From the NCBI RefSeq assembly GCF_002113885.1, contig NW_018408895.1, positions 657,724 through 721,723 of the forward strand: a DNA stretch of 64,000 nt, given 5' to 3'. Positions within the stretch are counted from its first letter, which is position 1; every line of letters begins with the position of its first letter. Below, piece by piece: positions 14,666 through 25,645 of this stretch. The notes beneath the pieces were generated by a model, which saw nothing but the letters and a program-made list of their open reading frames with translations, did no database searches and was not told the origin of the DNA. The position numbers were made by a program, and so were the translations under genes. The stretch comes from Mizuhopecten yessoensis (taxonomy: Eukaryota).

Positions 14666-15479
14666 AATTTTTACCAAAGTTATTGCCCTTTGTTCATTTC
14701 AGTATTTTATTTTTGTCCGGCAATCTACTCCTACATTTTTCAACGATCTCTTTGAAACTTGGTATACTTTATAATCATGATATGAAGTTGTGTCTCCCTT
14801 AACAGAATTTTGATTCGACGATTTTTGCAAAATTTATTGTCTTTTGTTCATTTCAGTATTTGATTTTTTGTCCGAAGATTTTCTACTACATTTTTTATAG
14901 CATATCAACTAACCACTCTTAGAATGATGCAGATCTCATTTCAATGTAAGAAAGTATATAACACTATATGGCATTCGACGGCCGTATTTTGTTCCGCCCC
15001 GCGGTACGCTTGATTGTTTATCAATTATAATTAAAACTATTATCCATATGCTGTAAAGCGCTTTAGAGTAATTTTACAAATCATATACGGCGCTATATAC
15101 ATGTTGTATATTATATTATTATTATTATTATTGTGTAGATCTTACCAATGGTGCTTGTCTTTATCGATAAGACTGAAGTGTTCCCAATGGAAGTGTCCTA
15201 GGATCTGTGGAGTTCATCACATGCATCCGCTGGATATTTTATCATGATGTATGGACAATTTCAGCTTGAAAACTAATTACGCATGTAAACCTGTCAGATC
15301 TGAATAGAAATACTCTCACCATGTGTAGTTTTTTTCTTTAACAAATATATACATGTACATACTCATCATAGGACAGCCATTATCATTTCTACATGTCACA
15401 AGGTCCAAAAGTTCATAATTACGTTAAGAGAACATGGTATAACAGATATCATTAGATAACCAAGTACTAAGTGATGCCT

Positions 15480-15760
15480 GCATACAGGTTCTTATCATTT
15501 GCTGTTTGTGGGTCCTGTCTCCATGCTAAGCCAGTGACTGGATTCCTCGTTTTCGGTATAATGAGATCGGGTGAAGTGTTTTGCATAGTGATTTCGGTAT
15601 GTTATTTCAGTAAGGTAGCACTCCAAAGTTGGCTTTAGATCAGTACAGGGAGGCAAACACATTGACATACAGGCTCCATCACACACGCATACATAACACA
15701 CATGGATGCATGTCCTTCAATGCCCTTAGCTGTTAACAGGATACTAAACACAATAAACGA
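15480..15760 (+). mobile_element. Degraded SINE related to the element at 34692-35235
   Basis: Shares the central block (GTATAATG...TTTCAGT..G.TAGCACT..AAAG) and the 3' end (CCTTAGCTGTTAACAGGA..CTAAAC) with that SINE. Confidence 0.6.
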
Positions 15761-15849
15761 ATTAAAACCATAACTAGTATCTCCATAATCAGATAACAAA
15801 ATATTCCAAGAACTACTTGCATTTCACGTATCCTGGAGAGCCACAGTAA

Positions 15850-16150
15850 AAGATAGAACATACTCATCTTCAGCTTGACATTTACCAACATAATGCCAAT
15901 TCACTCAATACCAACTCTGTGACAAAATGTGACGTCTTCAATGTTACGAAAGTTAACTTTACTTTTCTAAGCAGTAACATACATGCCTTCTTTTATTTAT
16001 GGAGTTGACATGTCATAGCTGATTCGTTATTCCAGAATATTTACTAAATATCAGCATTTTTTCGATATATGCTGTTGATCGATGAACTACTTACATATTT
16101 CTACATGAGAGGCTTCAATAAACTTTGAAGGTCGTCATCATGAACCGCGG
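15850..16150 (+). mobile_element. Penelope-like element RT/linker remnant
   Basis: Degenerate translation resembling DK.D.FN...VNF.FLSSNI...YGV..S.LIRYSR. Confidence 0.55.
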
Positions 16151-16195
16151 CTGACTTCCACCTGTTGAATTCCACTGTCTACCATTATTTTAGAG

Positions 16196-17000
16196 AGGTA
16201 TTTTACAAGGGAGCGCATTATCTGCGAAAATGTATTTAGTTTTTATCAATATGTTGCTGAAAAATATTGAACAGAGTGGCAGGGGATCAATGATCATCGA
16301 CATTAGAGTTAATATACCACCTCAAGCTGATGATATATGCCTCGTAAGCAATAAATATACTGATTTGGAATATATGCTACGGATGTGTGAAGATTATAGT
16401 AAAAAATGGAGATTTTTGTTTTCTAACACCAAAAGTAAGATTATGTATTTTAATAAGAAAAAAAANAGGCAGACTTCGTACGATATGCTTATACGCATAA
16501 AGTCCGTGGTTAATTTATATAAATTAATGCAATACTGCTACTCTCAATATTTAGAGTCGTTCAACTATTTTATTTTTTCATTAAGTTGTTGCCGAAACGT
16601 TAATTTTGACAATAATAAAATTTGTAAAAAAAGAAGTCATTTGTGAATATTAATGCGTGACTTTTTACATATGGCTCATATCACTACGCCAGCCTTGTCA
16701 ACAAACACATGTGTGTATGTTNAAGTTTGATTAAGAGTGGTGCACATCCTTGTGCGTTAAATCCAGTTACTGCCGGAAAACTTATCAAACAAGTTGTATA
16801 TACGTCAGCACTATATGGTTGTGAACTATGGATTTTATCAAAGAAAGAGTTACTTTTGTTGGAAAGAGCGCAAAGATTTATTTTAAAATCAATTCAAGGT
16901 TTTAGCAACAGAACACGTACTGATATGTGCTATGGATTGATTGGATGGACATCCATAGAAAGTTATATAGATATAAGAAAATTGTTGTTTTTTGGAAGGT
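16196..17000 (+). mobile_element. Non-LTR retrotransposon RT fragments
   Basis: QGSALSAKMYLVFIN...QADDICL, then LYGCELW...LERAQRFILK; broken by single-n junctions. Confidence 0.75.
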
Positions 17001-17813
17001 NGTCTACCATTATTTTAGGGAATGCTTCCCATTCCGGAGCACCATCTTTCCCTCACATGTTTTGGTGTCTGTCTCATCTTGTCGTTTGAATTTTCAATCG
17101 ACTTTGAGTTCAGATATAATTTTGAACACAGATTTCGAGAACACACACATGTGTTTATAGGCACACTGTCTTTGTGAATTGACGAAACACTTGTTCTTAT
17201 TTAATTTGATAAATTCTACCCATCACAAGTAGAGTTTTTCAGGTTATTCAATACAACTGCTGTCATAGGGTAGAATTTCCATATACATGCACCTATACCT
17301 GTTTGACTGATACTAATAAATCGTACTAATAAATCGGTACTGACAATTAATATAAAGGTATAGATTTTGTCTAAAGAAGTATACCACTTATCTGTTGGTG
17401 AAAATCGGTTATGTATTGTTATTACTAAAGAATTTACCTGCTTGTAAATTTTATTCCTATCATAACATATGTTCCTTTCATCCTTATTTGTTGGAGCTCA
17501 CAATGATTTTCTTCTCTTCTTTTCTTTGGTCCATTATTCCTAAAATAATATGCTAGCACTGTAGTGTCAAGAAGAAGTATACTATGTGTATCTTTTCATA
17601 TACACATTTTAGCTTGAACATAAGACGACATCGATTTCACGTTCCGAGCCCCTGGTTGATGTCCCTGGTGAGGTGCTACCACTCAAGCCTGATTGTTGTA
17701 AATGTTTGTGATCTCTTTAGTACGACATAATTATCTGGTAGTAACATCTGGTAAATTGACGTAATTTTCGTGTCACACATATGATAATTAAACTCATTGG
17801 TGCAGGATATTGG

Positions 17814-17925
17814 CAGTGTAACTAACTCATACAAGCGTCTCAGTGTAACTAACTTATACAAGCGTCTCAGTGTAACTAACTTATACAAGCGTCTCAGTGT
17901 AACTTACGTAAACAAGCGTCTCAGC
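17814..17925 (+). repeat. 27-bp tandem repeat, about 4 copies (CAGTGTAACTAACTTATACAAGCGTCT)
   Basis: Head-to-tail copies; single copy at the paralogous sites near 25930 and 26880. Confidence 0.9.
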
Positions 17926-18548
17926 ACGTTCACTTGTTCATAGTATGTGGTTTTGTTCAGAGCTGTAACCCCAGTGTCAACAGCAACCAAGATTAATGGG
18001 GAAAACAATGCAACAAGTACCTCTACACAGAGTGACACATGGACAAATGCAAGCTTACTGACATCACGTAGTAAACGAAACCACGCCACAGATGCTTGTA
18101 ATCAGATTGAACTGAATGTTAAATTGATCAATATGATTCGCTAAGGTTTTGCAGGCATAAACTAATCATCAATTATTAATGTAAAAAAACTAGATGATAC
18201 ACAGATAATTATGTCATAATGACGAGATAACTAGGCCTATGTTATAGTAACGAAATAACTGTGTCGTAATTACTACACAACAATTTAGTAATTACGACCT
18301 ACACAATCGACATGCTAAATGGACATTTGGACATAGCAATAACCGGCTAACTTACAAAATTTCGGCTTGACCCACTTTCTCACTGTGAGCCATTTCGTTT
18401 GTGTCAGAAGAATACCGTTGTATTATTATTATTATGTGTAATACTGTGTATTGTCATGAGTGCTTATAGGTTTCATATTTCGGAACTGATTTTCTGTTTA
18501 CATCTATAACTGTGTGTGACAAATCTATTGTGATCATATACCTAAAAC

Positions 18549-18577
18549 GAAAATGAAACTACCATATTTTCTCAGAA
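18549..18577. promoter_or_regulatory. ISRE (GAAAATGAAACT) plus GAS-like (TTCTCAGAA) composite module; paralogs at 25741-25769, 26650-26678, 33688-33716, 34330-34358 and 55531-55557
   Basis: Matches AGTTTCNNTTTC (reverse strand) and TTCN3GAA at near-fixed spacing; function not shown. Confidence 0.45.
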
Positions 18578-19659
18578 CTCGAACGCTTTCTGATTTGTGT
18601 CCCCAGGTAATCTCCACATATGATGATTTCTTTAAGTATTTATAAATACAATGCCATAGTTTGCTACCTAATTACAAACTAAGGGAAATCAAGAAATCGG
18701 GAAAACTTAAGAGCATAGAGAAGAAAAGACACTTTTAATACTTTGCGTGAACGATACAATCATAGATAATCACACGATTGATTGATATTATGGAATATCG
18801 TAGAAAGAATTAGAGTAAACAGGAGAGAAAAGTTAAAGTGTTGCATTTGAAACAACAGAATAATTCTGTTCTATGTGCCCTGCAATCAGGATTTAGCTAA
18901 AATCTCTGCTGGAGACCCTGTTGCTTGTCGTTTACAATAATGAAATGGGACACAGAAGTCTTCTTCTTGTCTCCACACATGCAAGAGTTTTGTTTGTAAT
19001 TTTAACAATACTTTGCTTCCAAAATGTACAGTCAATACGTGTACAAACCTGTTGCTTAATTACTTGTTAATTACTTGTTAATTACTTTTCAAATTTTATA
19101 GATAGGACAAAATAGTTTTTACAGTCACACATAAAACAACATGAGAATACCAAAGCGCTAACAAAACCATAGTTTGAATTCAAACTCGAAAACTTGGGCA
19201 AGAAATGAACAAAGGAAACATCCACCTGTCGACCTTTGACCCCGTACAATGAGAATGAGACCAATTGTTCCGGAGTCGTAAGCGTCTTCTAGTTCATCGA
19301 CGACACCCACCTTGTAAATCTAGGTCAATTCCAAGTAATGTCAGGTCTTTACATCAATAACTCTGGTAATGGCAACAAAACCATAAGGTACACTAATGAG
19401 CTTAAAGAAAGTTGACCTTCACATCACATAAAAAAAAGAATAAGCAAATTTCCCAATGAGACCATGATGACGACCATATAGCTGTTCCGTAGCCTTCGTT
19501 AACACGCGTCGTTGGAAATCCTGTGTCGGATGTTTGTCCGTCAGCAATCGACATCACTAATAGAAGTCATGATATAATTAGGAGCAAGTTCTGGAATACC
19601 GAATGAACTGTGACATGTGAACAAAGTAGGGGTGCAGGGGGAAAGACTGTGTCATCCTG

Positions 19660-20140
19660 CTTATCATATAGCTTAAAAATTAACAGCCCCTGTTTGGCAA
19701 ATTGTAAGTAAACATCGAAGAAAGAAGCTGACTTTGAAGAGTCTGTAATGACCTTGATTTAAAGCTCAATGGTATTTATGTGGTCAACAAATTTTATTTA
19801 AAGACAGCACATCGTCAATATATCTGAATGTGAAGTTGAAGAACCTGGCTAAATTTTTGTTACGAGACCTGATAAAAAATCGGCCCGAAAAGGCGCACAG
19901 CTTGCCACTTAACTCAGGATATTGTCATGAACCATGACACAACCATTCTCACAATATCGTCCTCATTGTATTTCATTGTGGCCCTGTTGTGCTTTTCACA
20001 AAATATTCTCTAAAATATTTTACAACCAAATAATTATTCTGCCGTTAGTTTTTCTTGGAAAGAAAGCTGTCTTTGTAGGAGAACTATAGGAGAGCTAAGG
20101 CGTCCATACCGTTTGGTACGAGGTATGTTCGTGTTAAGAT
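19660..20140 (-). mobile_element. Penelope-like RT remnant; duplicated at about 27310-27830, 35990-36460 and partly 48940-49045
   Basis: The minus strand encodes FNFTFRYIDDVLSLN...DSSKSASFFDVYL...KLYDK. Confidence 0.75.
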
Positions 20141-22335
20141 TCGAAGTATTCCACCATTGCGTTGACAGTGTCACAATACAACTCACTGTAATACTCGTCC
20201 ACGATGGCAGATTAACCAAAAATGTAGACAGGTAAAGGAATATGCATGTATATAAACGCGCTGGATATAAAATGGAAGTAAAATAAGGAGTTATCTTAAA
20301 ACACATCTTACATATTAAAATGTTTTGTAATTCATGATAGCATGTACAATATTGCATTACCAAAACCAATTTGCGAAGATTATTAATAAGGTTACAGCGA
20401 TATGTATGTCAAGGACTGGCGTGTGTGTACTTATCAGTACACGTTGGTGTGTATGTGTGGCTAATTTTGGAATGGGGAGTTACGTTTTATTTTTGAAGTC
20501 ATATCTCATACTTCTTGAACATAATAGAACACGTTGTTGTGCAATGTGATTCTATACCTGGACATCGTGCAATCGGTCGATATTTTTACGTTGACATTTA
20601 ACATTGAACCACGTGATGTTTATAGTGCTTCCACGTAAGTCCGACACGATTCAACTTTTGGTTTCGTTATACTGAATATATACAATGTACCGTGTTCTAG
20701 ATGGGAACATATGCCAACTTGGTTGGGAAATTGAATAGTTTGAACCTTTTTTTGATTTAGAAATAATAATCACTAGATAATTTGAAAATTGAGGCACCTT
20801 TTCGAAAACCGTCTTTCACATAAAAACCAAACAACCATCATCTAAAACCAGAAATACCTTATTGTATACTCCAAAGATATTGTGGAGATATTTTGGGCAC
20901 TAGTTTATTTATAATCTAAAAACTCCGACATTGCATTTCAATTGTCTTTACAGTCACGAATTTAACTCTGCCATTCAGTAATTTTAAAATTAAAAATCGG
21001 TGAAATAGCATCTTATTTCAAGTCGACAGCAATAGTCATCGATACTTGCGATGAAACATAAATAAATGTTCCTAGGCTTTATACAGATCTTGCTTTTTTC
21101 CTTTTTGTCTAGAATAACATCCGTTTTCAGTCTCATCAACACGAGGAATTGAAATACATTCTTCTCATTTGTCACCATGAAGTAAACAGTAAAACACTTC
21201 AGATTCCGCTTCATCCCTTATGACAACAACAGTCAGCTCACTAACAAACTATGTGAAAAAATGGACGTCATATATGATATAATTGTAAAGTTTTCCTCTC
21301 ATGCGCTTGGGTTTACATCTATATGAAGTATTTCATGAAATCTGTTATGTTTGATTTTACATACTTAATTTTATTGTCCTATTACACTCTTAATGGAGTT
21401 CAATGTCACTAACAAGTTTAAGTTTCGTTCAAATAGTGTTTTTCATGATGAAAAGAACAGTTCAAAGACCGTCATATTTTGAAACAGCCGTTTCTGTTAA
21501 AATAGTGAAATCTTTATATTGAATACCCATCCATTCTTTCTGAATATTTTTATTTGACGATCGTATTTACAGGTGATTGGGTCACTTAATGGTTATTTTA
21601 ATAGTCAACATGTTGTGATGCTTTTAATTTAAACAATGCTTTACTTTCAAATTTTACGCATTTATCTTTACAAACTTGTTGTTGATACTAATTTCTCTTA
21701 TCTTCTCATAGTTTGGACACAATATTATCATGGTCACACATCAACGATCAACAAAAGGGTAGACTACTCTGAATGAAAAACCATAACGGAACAAAATAAG
21801 CAATTCGTTATCTTAAAAAAACCCAATATTTATTCAAATGTTTTCCTATCAATAATACCATGTACAATAAAATATAAACAATAACCAATGCTTAAGAAAA
21901 GTACATTTACATTACTGGTATTTTGACTGCTATATTTTATAACTAGTTATCTTATTTGTAATAGCAGCAAAAAATAAATACCAAAAATTTAAAATATGTA
22001 CATTGAATTTCACTGTATCTTACATAATGACCGTTATATTTTACAACTAGTTATCTTATTTAAAATAACAGCAACACTAAAACTTTAAAATATGTACATC
22101 GATTACATTGTATCTTACATGTACATCATTATCTATACATGTTCCTTGTTAAAGTTTACTTTACATGTATACCGAATGAACTCTTGTCCCAGCGAACTAC
22201 GATATAATGATTAAGCTAATACTTTAACTTATGCTTATATTAACTATCATGAAACTGAATTACTTTGCTGCTCTATAAAGATGTGAACACTATTTAAAAA
22301 AATACTTGTTACATATCAAACAACAACTGCCAACA

Positions 22336-23466
22336 TTACTCAGACAGATATGGTTTTGGCTGATCAAGAAATGCCTGGATGTTATTTGCTACCTTTTGGA
22401 GTACAACCTTATCTTTGCTGGAAAACAGATTGACCCCGTCATGAAAGTACAACGGGAGAATGCCCCTCTGGATATAGCCGAGCAGACGATACGTCATTGA
22501 CTTCACGCGAGCCGCCAGGAGTTCCTGCTGCCATTCGGTGTCAAAGGGATGATCCTCACACTCCCAGAACAGCACGTTCTTTAGGTGGTATGATGTCAAT
22601 TCTGACTTCGAACCTGGTGGACACCATACGTCTTCTTTCAGTCGCTTCATGATCCGTTGACTTTTCTTTCTACATGTTCCTTTAATGTCAATTCCATCCA
22701 GAAGTTCCTTTTCACATGCGGCGAAAGAAAGTGTCCAGTAGAATGGTTCTTTTGCAATTTCATTCACACCTACTTTTCTTATGGCTGACCTCTTTTGCTG
22801 CGAAGGCCAGGTACTGTTCGATCTAGGCCAGTGAAATTCGGGTTTAAACTCCAGCTGAGATTCGATCATAGGGCAAAGATCAATGCTGATTGGGTAGTGA
22901 ATGTCCGGGAATTTCACAGACAGGGTAGTAGCAGGAGAACTCGATATCCTGTCTGTTGTTATCAGGTTTCTGAATTTTGGCTGATTAACTGCCTCGCCAA
23001 CAAGTGACTTGAACCACCTCTTTACCTTGATTGGAACTATGTCATCATCGAATGTCATACTAGCAACTCCGTCGTTAAGTCCGTCAGCCTCCCATTGCTT
23101 CTTCAAGTATCCAATTTTAGTAAAAGACTGACCAACCGGGGGATCCGGTAACGCGTATCCTTTTTTCTCCACCACTTTATCCCCAGTGTTGTTAAATCCA
23201 TAGTATCTTGTTTTCCCAGGTGCCCAGACCAGTTTACCGACATCAACGATGACGTTGTAGTCAAATTCATCCGCTTTTTTCACCTTCAGGTGAGTGTTAT
23301 AACTGCCTACCTTGAGGGGCTGTATCAGGAAGCGTCTGTCCCGGGAATTAACGTATCTCAAAATCTCATCCACAAGAGGAAGCACTTTCGCAACGCTCCT
23401 TTTAGTTTCATCTCCTTTCATCAATACTTTTTTATCACAGTACCTGTTCAGGGTATTGTTGTCCAT
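22336..23466 (-). CDS. cGAS-like receptor (cGLR; Mab21/cGAS nucleotidyltransferase), copy 1, intact, 376 aa
   Basis: Active-site motif GSYNTHLKVKKADEFDY, SSPATTL, third acidic residue in ISIDLCP, WTLSFAACEKELL, LTSYHLKNVLFW and PLYFHDGVNLF. It has no vertebrate zinc-ribbon insertion. Confidence 0.93.
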   Translation of the reverse strand: MDNNTLNRYCDKKVLMKGDETKRSVAKVLPLVDEILRYVNSRDRRFLIQPLKVGSYNTHLKVKKADEFDYNVIVDVGKLVWAPGKTRYYGFNNTGDKVVEKKGYALPDPPVGQSFTKIGYLKKQWEADGLNDGVASMTFDDDIVPIKVKRWFKSLVGEAVNQPKFRNLITTDRISSSPATTLSVKFPDIHYPISIDLCPMIESQLEFKPEFHWPRSNSTWPSQQKRSAIRKVGVNEIAKEPFYWTLSFAACEKELLDGIDIKGTCRKKSQRIMKRLKEDVWCPPGSKSELTSYHLKNVLFWECEDHPFDTEWQQELLAARVKSMTYRLLGYIQRGILPLYFHDGVNLFSSKDKVVLQKVANNIQAFLDQPKPYLSE

Positions 23467-23743
23467 TTTCTAGCCGTATGGAACTTTGTTAACAAGTTTA
23501 CTGGCGATGTCTATGTTGAGGACTGGCGTGTTTATCCCTATCATAGCATATATATACCAGTATGTGTCTGTATGCGTGGCTAATTCGGGACTTGGGAGTT
23601 ACGTTTTATTTTTGAAGTCATACCTCATACTTCTAGAACATTACATCACATGTTGTTGTTGTTGTGCAATGTAATTCTATATATGGACACCGTGCAATCA
23701 GTCGATATATTAACGTTTATATCTTACATTGAACCACGTGATG

Positions 23744-23793
23744 TTTATAGTACTTCCAGGAGAGACCCACATGAACTTTTGGTTTCGTTTTAC
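23744..23793 (-). promoter_or_regulatory. Putative promoter of cGLR copy 1: IRF-like site GTAAAACGAAACC about 30 bp upstream of TATAAA; same arrangement at 48004-48053 for copy 4
   Basis: The plus strand reads GGTTTCGTTTTAC (23781-23793) and TTTATA (23744-23749), oriented toward the ATG. Confidence 0.5.
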
Positions 23794-23920
23794 TGAATTT
23801 ATCCAAACATCGTGTTCTAGATTGAAAGGCGTACCCATTTGGTTTAAAAAAAAATACAATTTGAGAAAAGATCGATTGCGAAAAATAATCACTAAAAAAG
23901 CTAAACAAATTTGGCGAAGN

Positions 23921-24098
23921 AATGCGTGTCATAACTGCCCACTCTAAGGGGTTGTATCAGGAAGCGTCTGTCCCGGGAATTAACGTATCTCAGTATATCA
24001 TAAACAAGAGGAAGCACTTTCGCCACGTTCCTTTTAGTTTCATCTCGTTTCATCAATACCCTTTGATCACAGTAACAGTTCAGGGTATAGTTGTCCAT
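23921..24098 (-). pseudogene. cGLR copy 2, 5' fragment only, truncated at an assembly junction
   Basis: MDNYTLNCYCDQRVLMKRDETKR...RVGSYDTH ends at the n at 23920. It may be an incompletely assembled gene. Confidence 0.7.
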
Positions 24099-24656
24099 TT
24101 TCTAGCCGTATGGAACTGTGTTAACAAGTTTACCGGCGATGTCTATGTTGAGGACTGGCGTGTTTATCCCTATCATAGCAACTATATACCAGTATGTGTC
24201 TGTATGCGTGGCTAATTCGGGACTGGGGAGTTACGTTTTATTTTTGAAGTCATACCTCATACTTCTTGAACATAATAGAACACGTTGTTGTGCAATGTTA
24301 TTCTATATCTGGACGTCATGCAACCAGTCGATATATTACGTTAACATCTTACATTGAACCACGTGATGTTTATAATAATTCCAGGAAAGACTCACATGAA
24401 TCAATTTTGTTTCGTTTTTGACCAAGGAAGTTAACGATTTATCTGTTGGTGAATATCGGTTATGTATTGTTATTACTTAAGAATTTATCTCCTGGTAGAT
24501 TGTATACCTGTCATATCATGTGTTCATTTCATTCTTATATGTTGGAGCTCACGATGATTTTCTTCTTTTCTTTTCTTTGGTCCTTTATTCATAAAATAAT
24601 ATGCTAACACTGTAGTGTCAAGTAGAAGTATACTATGTGTATCTTTTCATATACAC

Positions 24657-25645
24657 ATTTTAGCTTGATCTAGTGACGACTAACTTTCGAGCTTTTTTTG
24701 TCTTATTATGACTTACAAAATTTTATGATGAGATAAGAATAAGAATAAATTTGTTCGGAAATGGCCCGATCAGAGAGTTACTGGCAGAGTTAGGGGACTT
24801 TGACATTTTAATTACTAATGGTAATTACTAATTACGGGAATTGAGATTGTGAGCACTTCAATAAAAGTAAATGGATTTCAACAAATTTTGCTATGCTGCT
24901 TTATATAAGAAGATCTCGACAAATTTGAAAATGGGCCCGATTAGACAGTAACTGGTAGAGTTATGGGACTTTGGTAATTACAATTGGACTTGAGCTTGTG
25001 AGCACAATAACTTGAGTAAATGTGAATGGATTTAGATGAATTTTGCTATGCAGCTTAATATCAAAAGTATCCCGGACGTGTTCAAAAATAAGCCGATCAT
25101 ACAGTCACTGGCAGAGTTACTGCCAATTGGAGAATACAAGATGGTCGATCCTTGGCTCTGATTTGCTGAGACGAAAAAAAATCGTCTTCTCAAGATGATC
25201 TGCAGCAATTCACTTCCGATCAAGTGTTCTTACTTTTTGTGCCGATCAGAAAATCCAAGGAGGTCACCCTGACCTCTCATTGGCTGAGATGTTTTTGACC
25301 TCTTCTCAAGTAAGGCTACACCGATTGACCTCTAACTTAGTAGAAGTGTTTCATATGAGGTTTCGACCAAGTTTCTTACTTTTCATACTGATTGTAAAAT
25401 TCCACATGGCCACCATGACCTGTGATTGGCTAGGACATTTACAACGTCCTCTGTACATAATCGGCCATCAAACGTATCATCTAATTAATCTATACAGCAT
25501 ATGTATGCTTGGCCTCTAGCTTAGTATGGGTGTATGCCCTATCTCCAAAGTAACTATGTGCAAATTAAAAAAAAAAAAGAACATGCTGCAATTTGAGTAC
25601 TTCAGAATTTACTCAGGTGACCGTTTCGGCATATGGGCCTTTTGT
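24657..25645 (+). mobile_element. HINE/MITE-like element with internal tandem repeats; partial paralogs at about 26212-26547 and 33020-33586
   Basis: Starts with TTTTAGCT, has internal repeats (GGCCCGAT.AGA.AGT.ACTGG.AGAGTTA), and ends with CAGGTGACCG followed by a GGC...GCC hairpin. Confidence 0.6.

Larger units (their letters stand above)
10211..15017 (+). mobile_element. HINE/DINE-1-like non-autonomous Helentron, split by a CR1 insertion
   Basis: 5' T-run and subTIR ATACGACCGTC (10216-10226) with a hairpin, a (GTCC)n microsatellite and internal tandem repeats. The 3' subTIR GACGGCCGTAT (14977-14987) is followed by a short GC-rich hairpin. Confidence 0.75.

Noticed and set aside
23595-23604. 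GGGAGTTACG / GGGGAGTTAC as an NF-kB site
   Set aside because: Poor match to GGGRNNYYCC, and it lies downstream of the presumed TSS.
23735-23740. CACGTG in the cGLR promoter module as a hypoxia element
   Set aside because: A 6-bp motif downstream of the TATA box, repeated only through duplication; no independent support.
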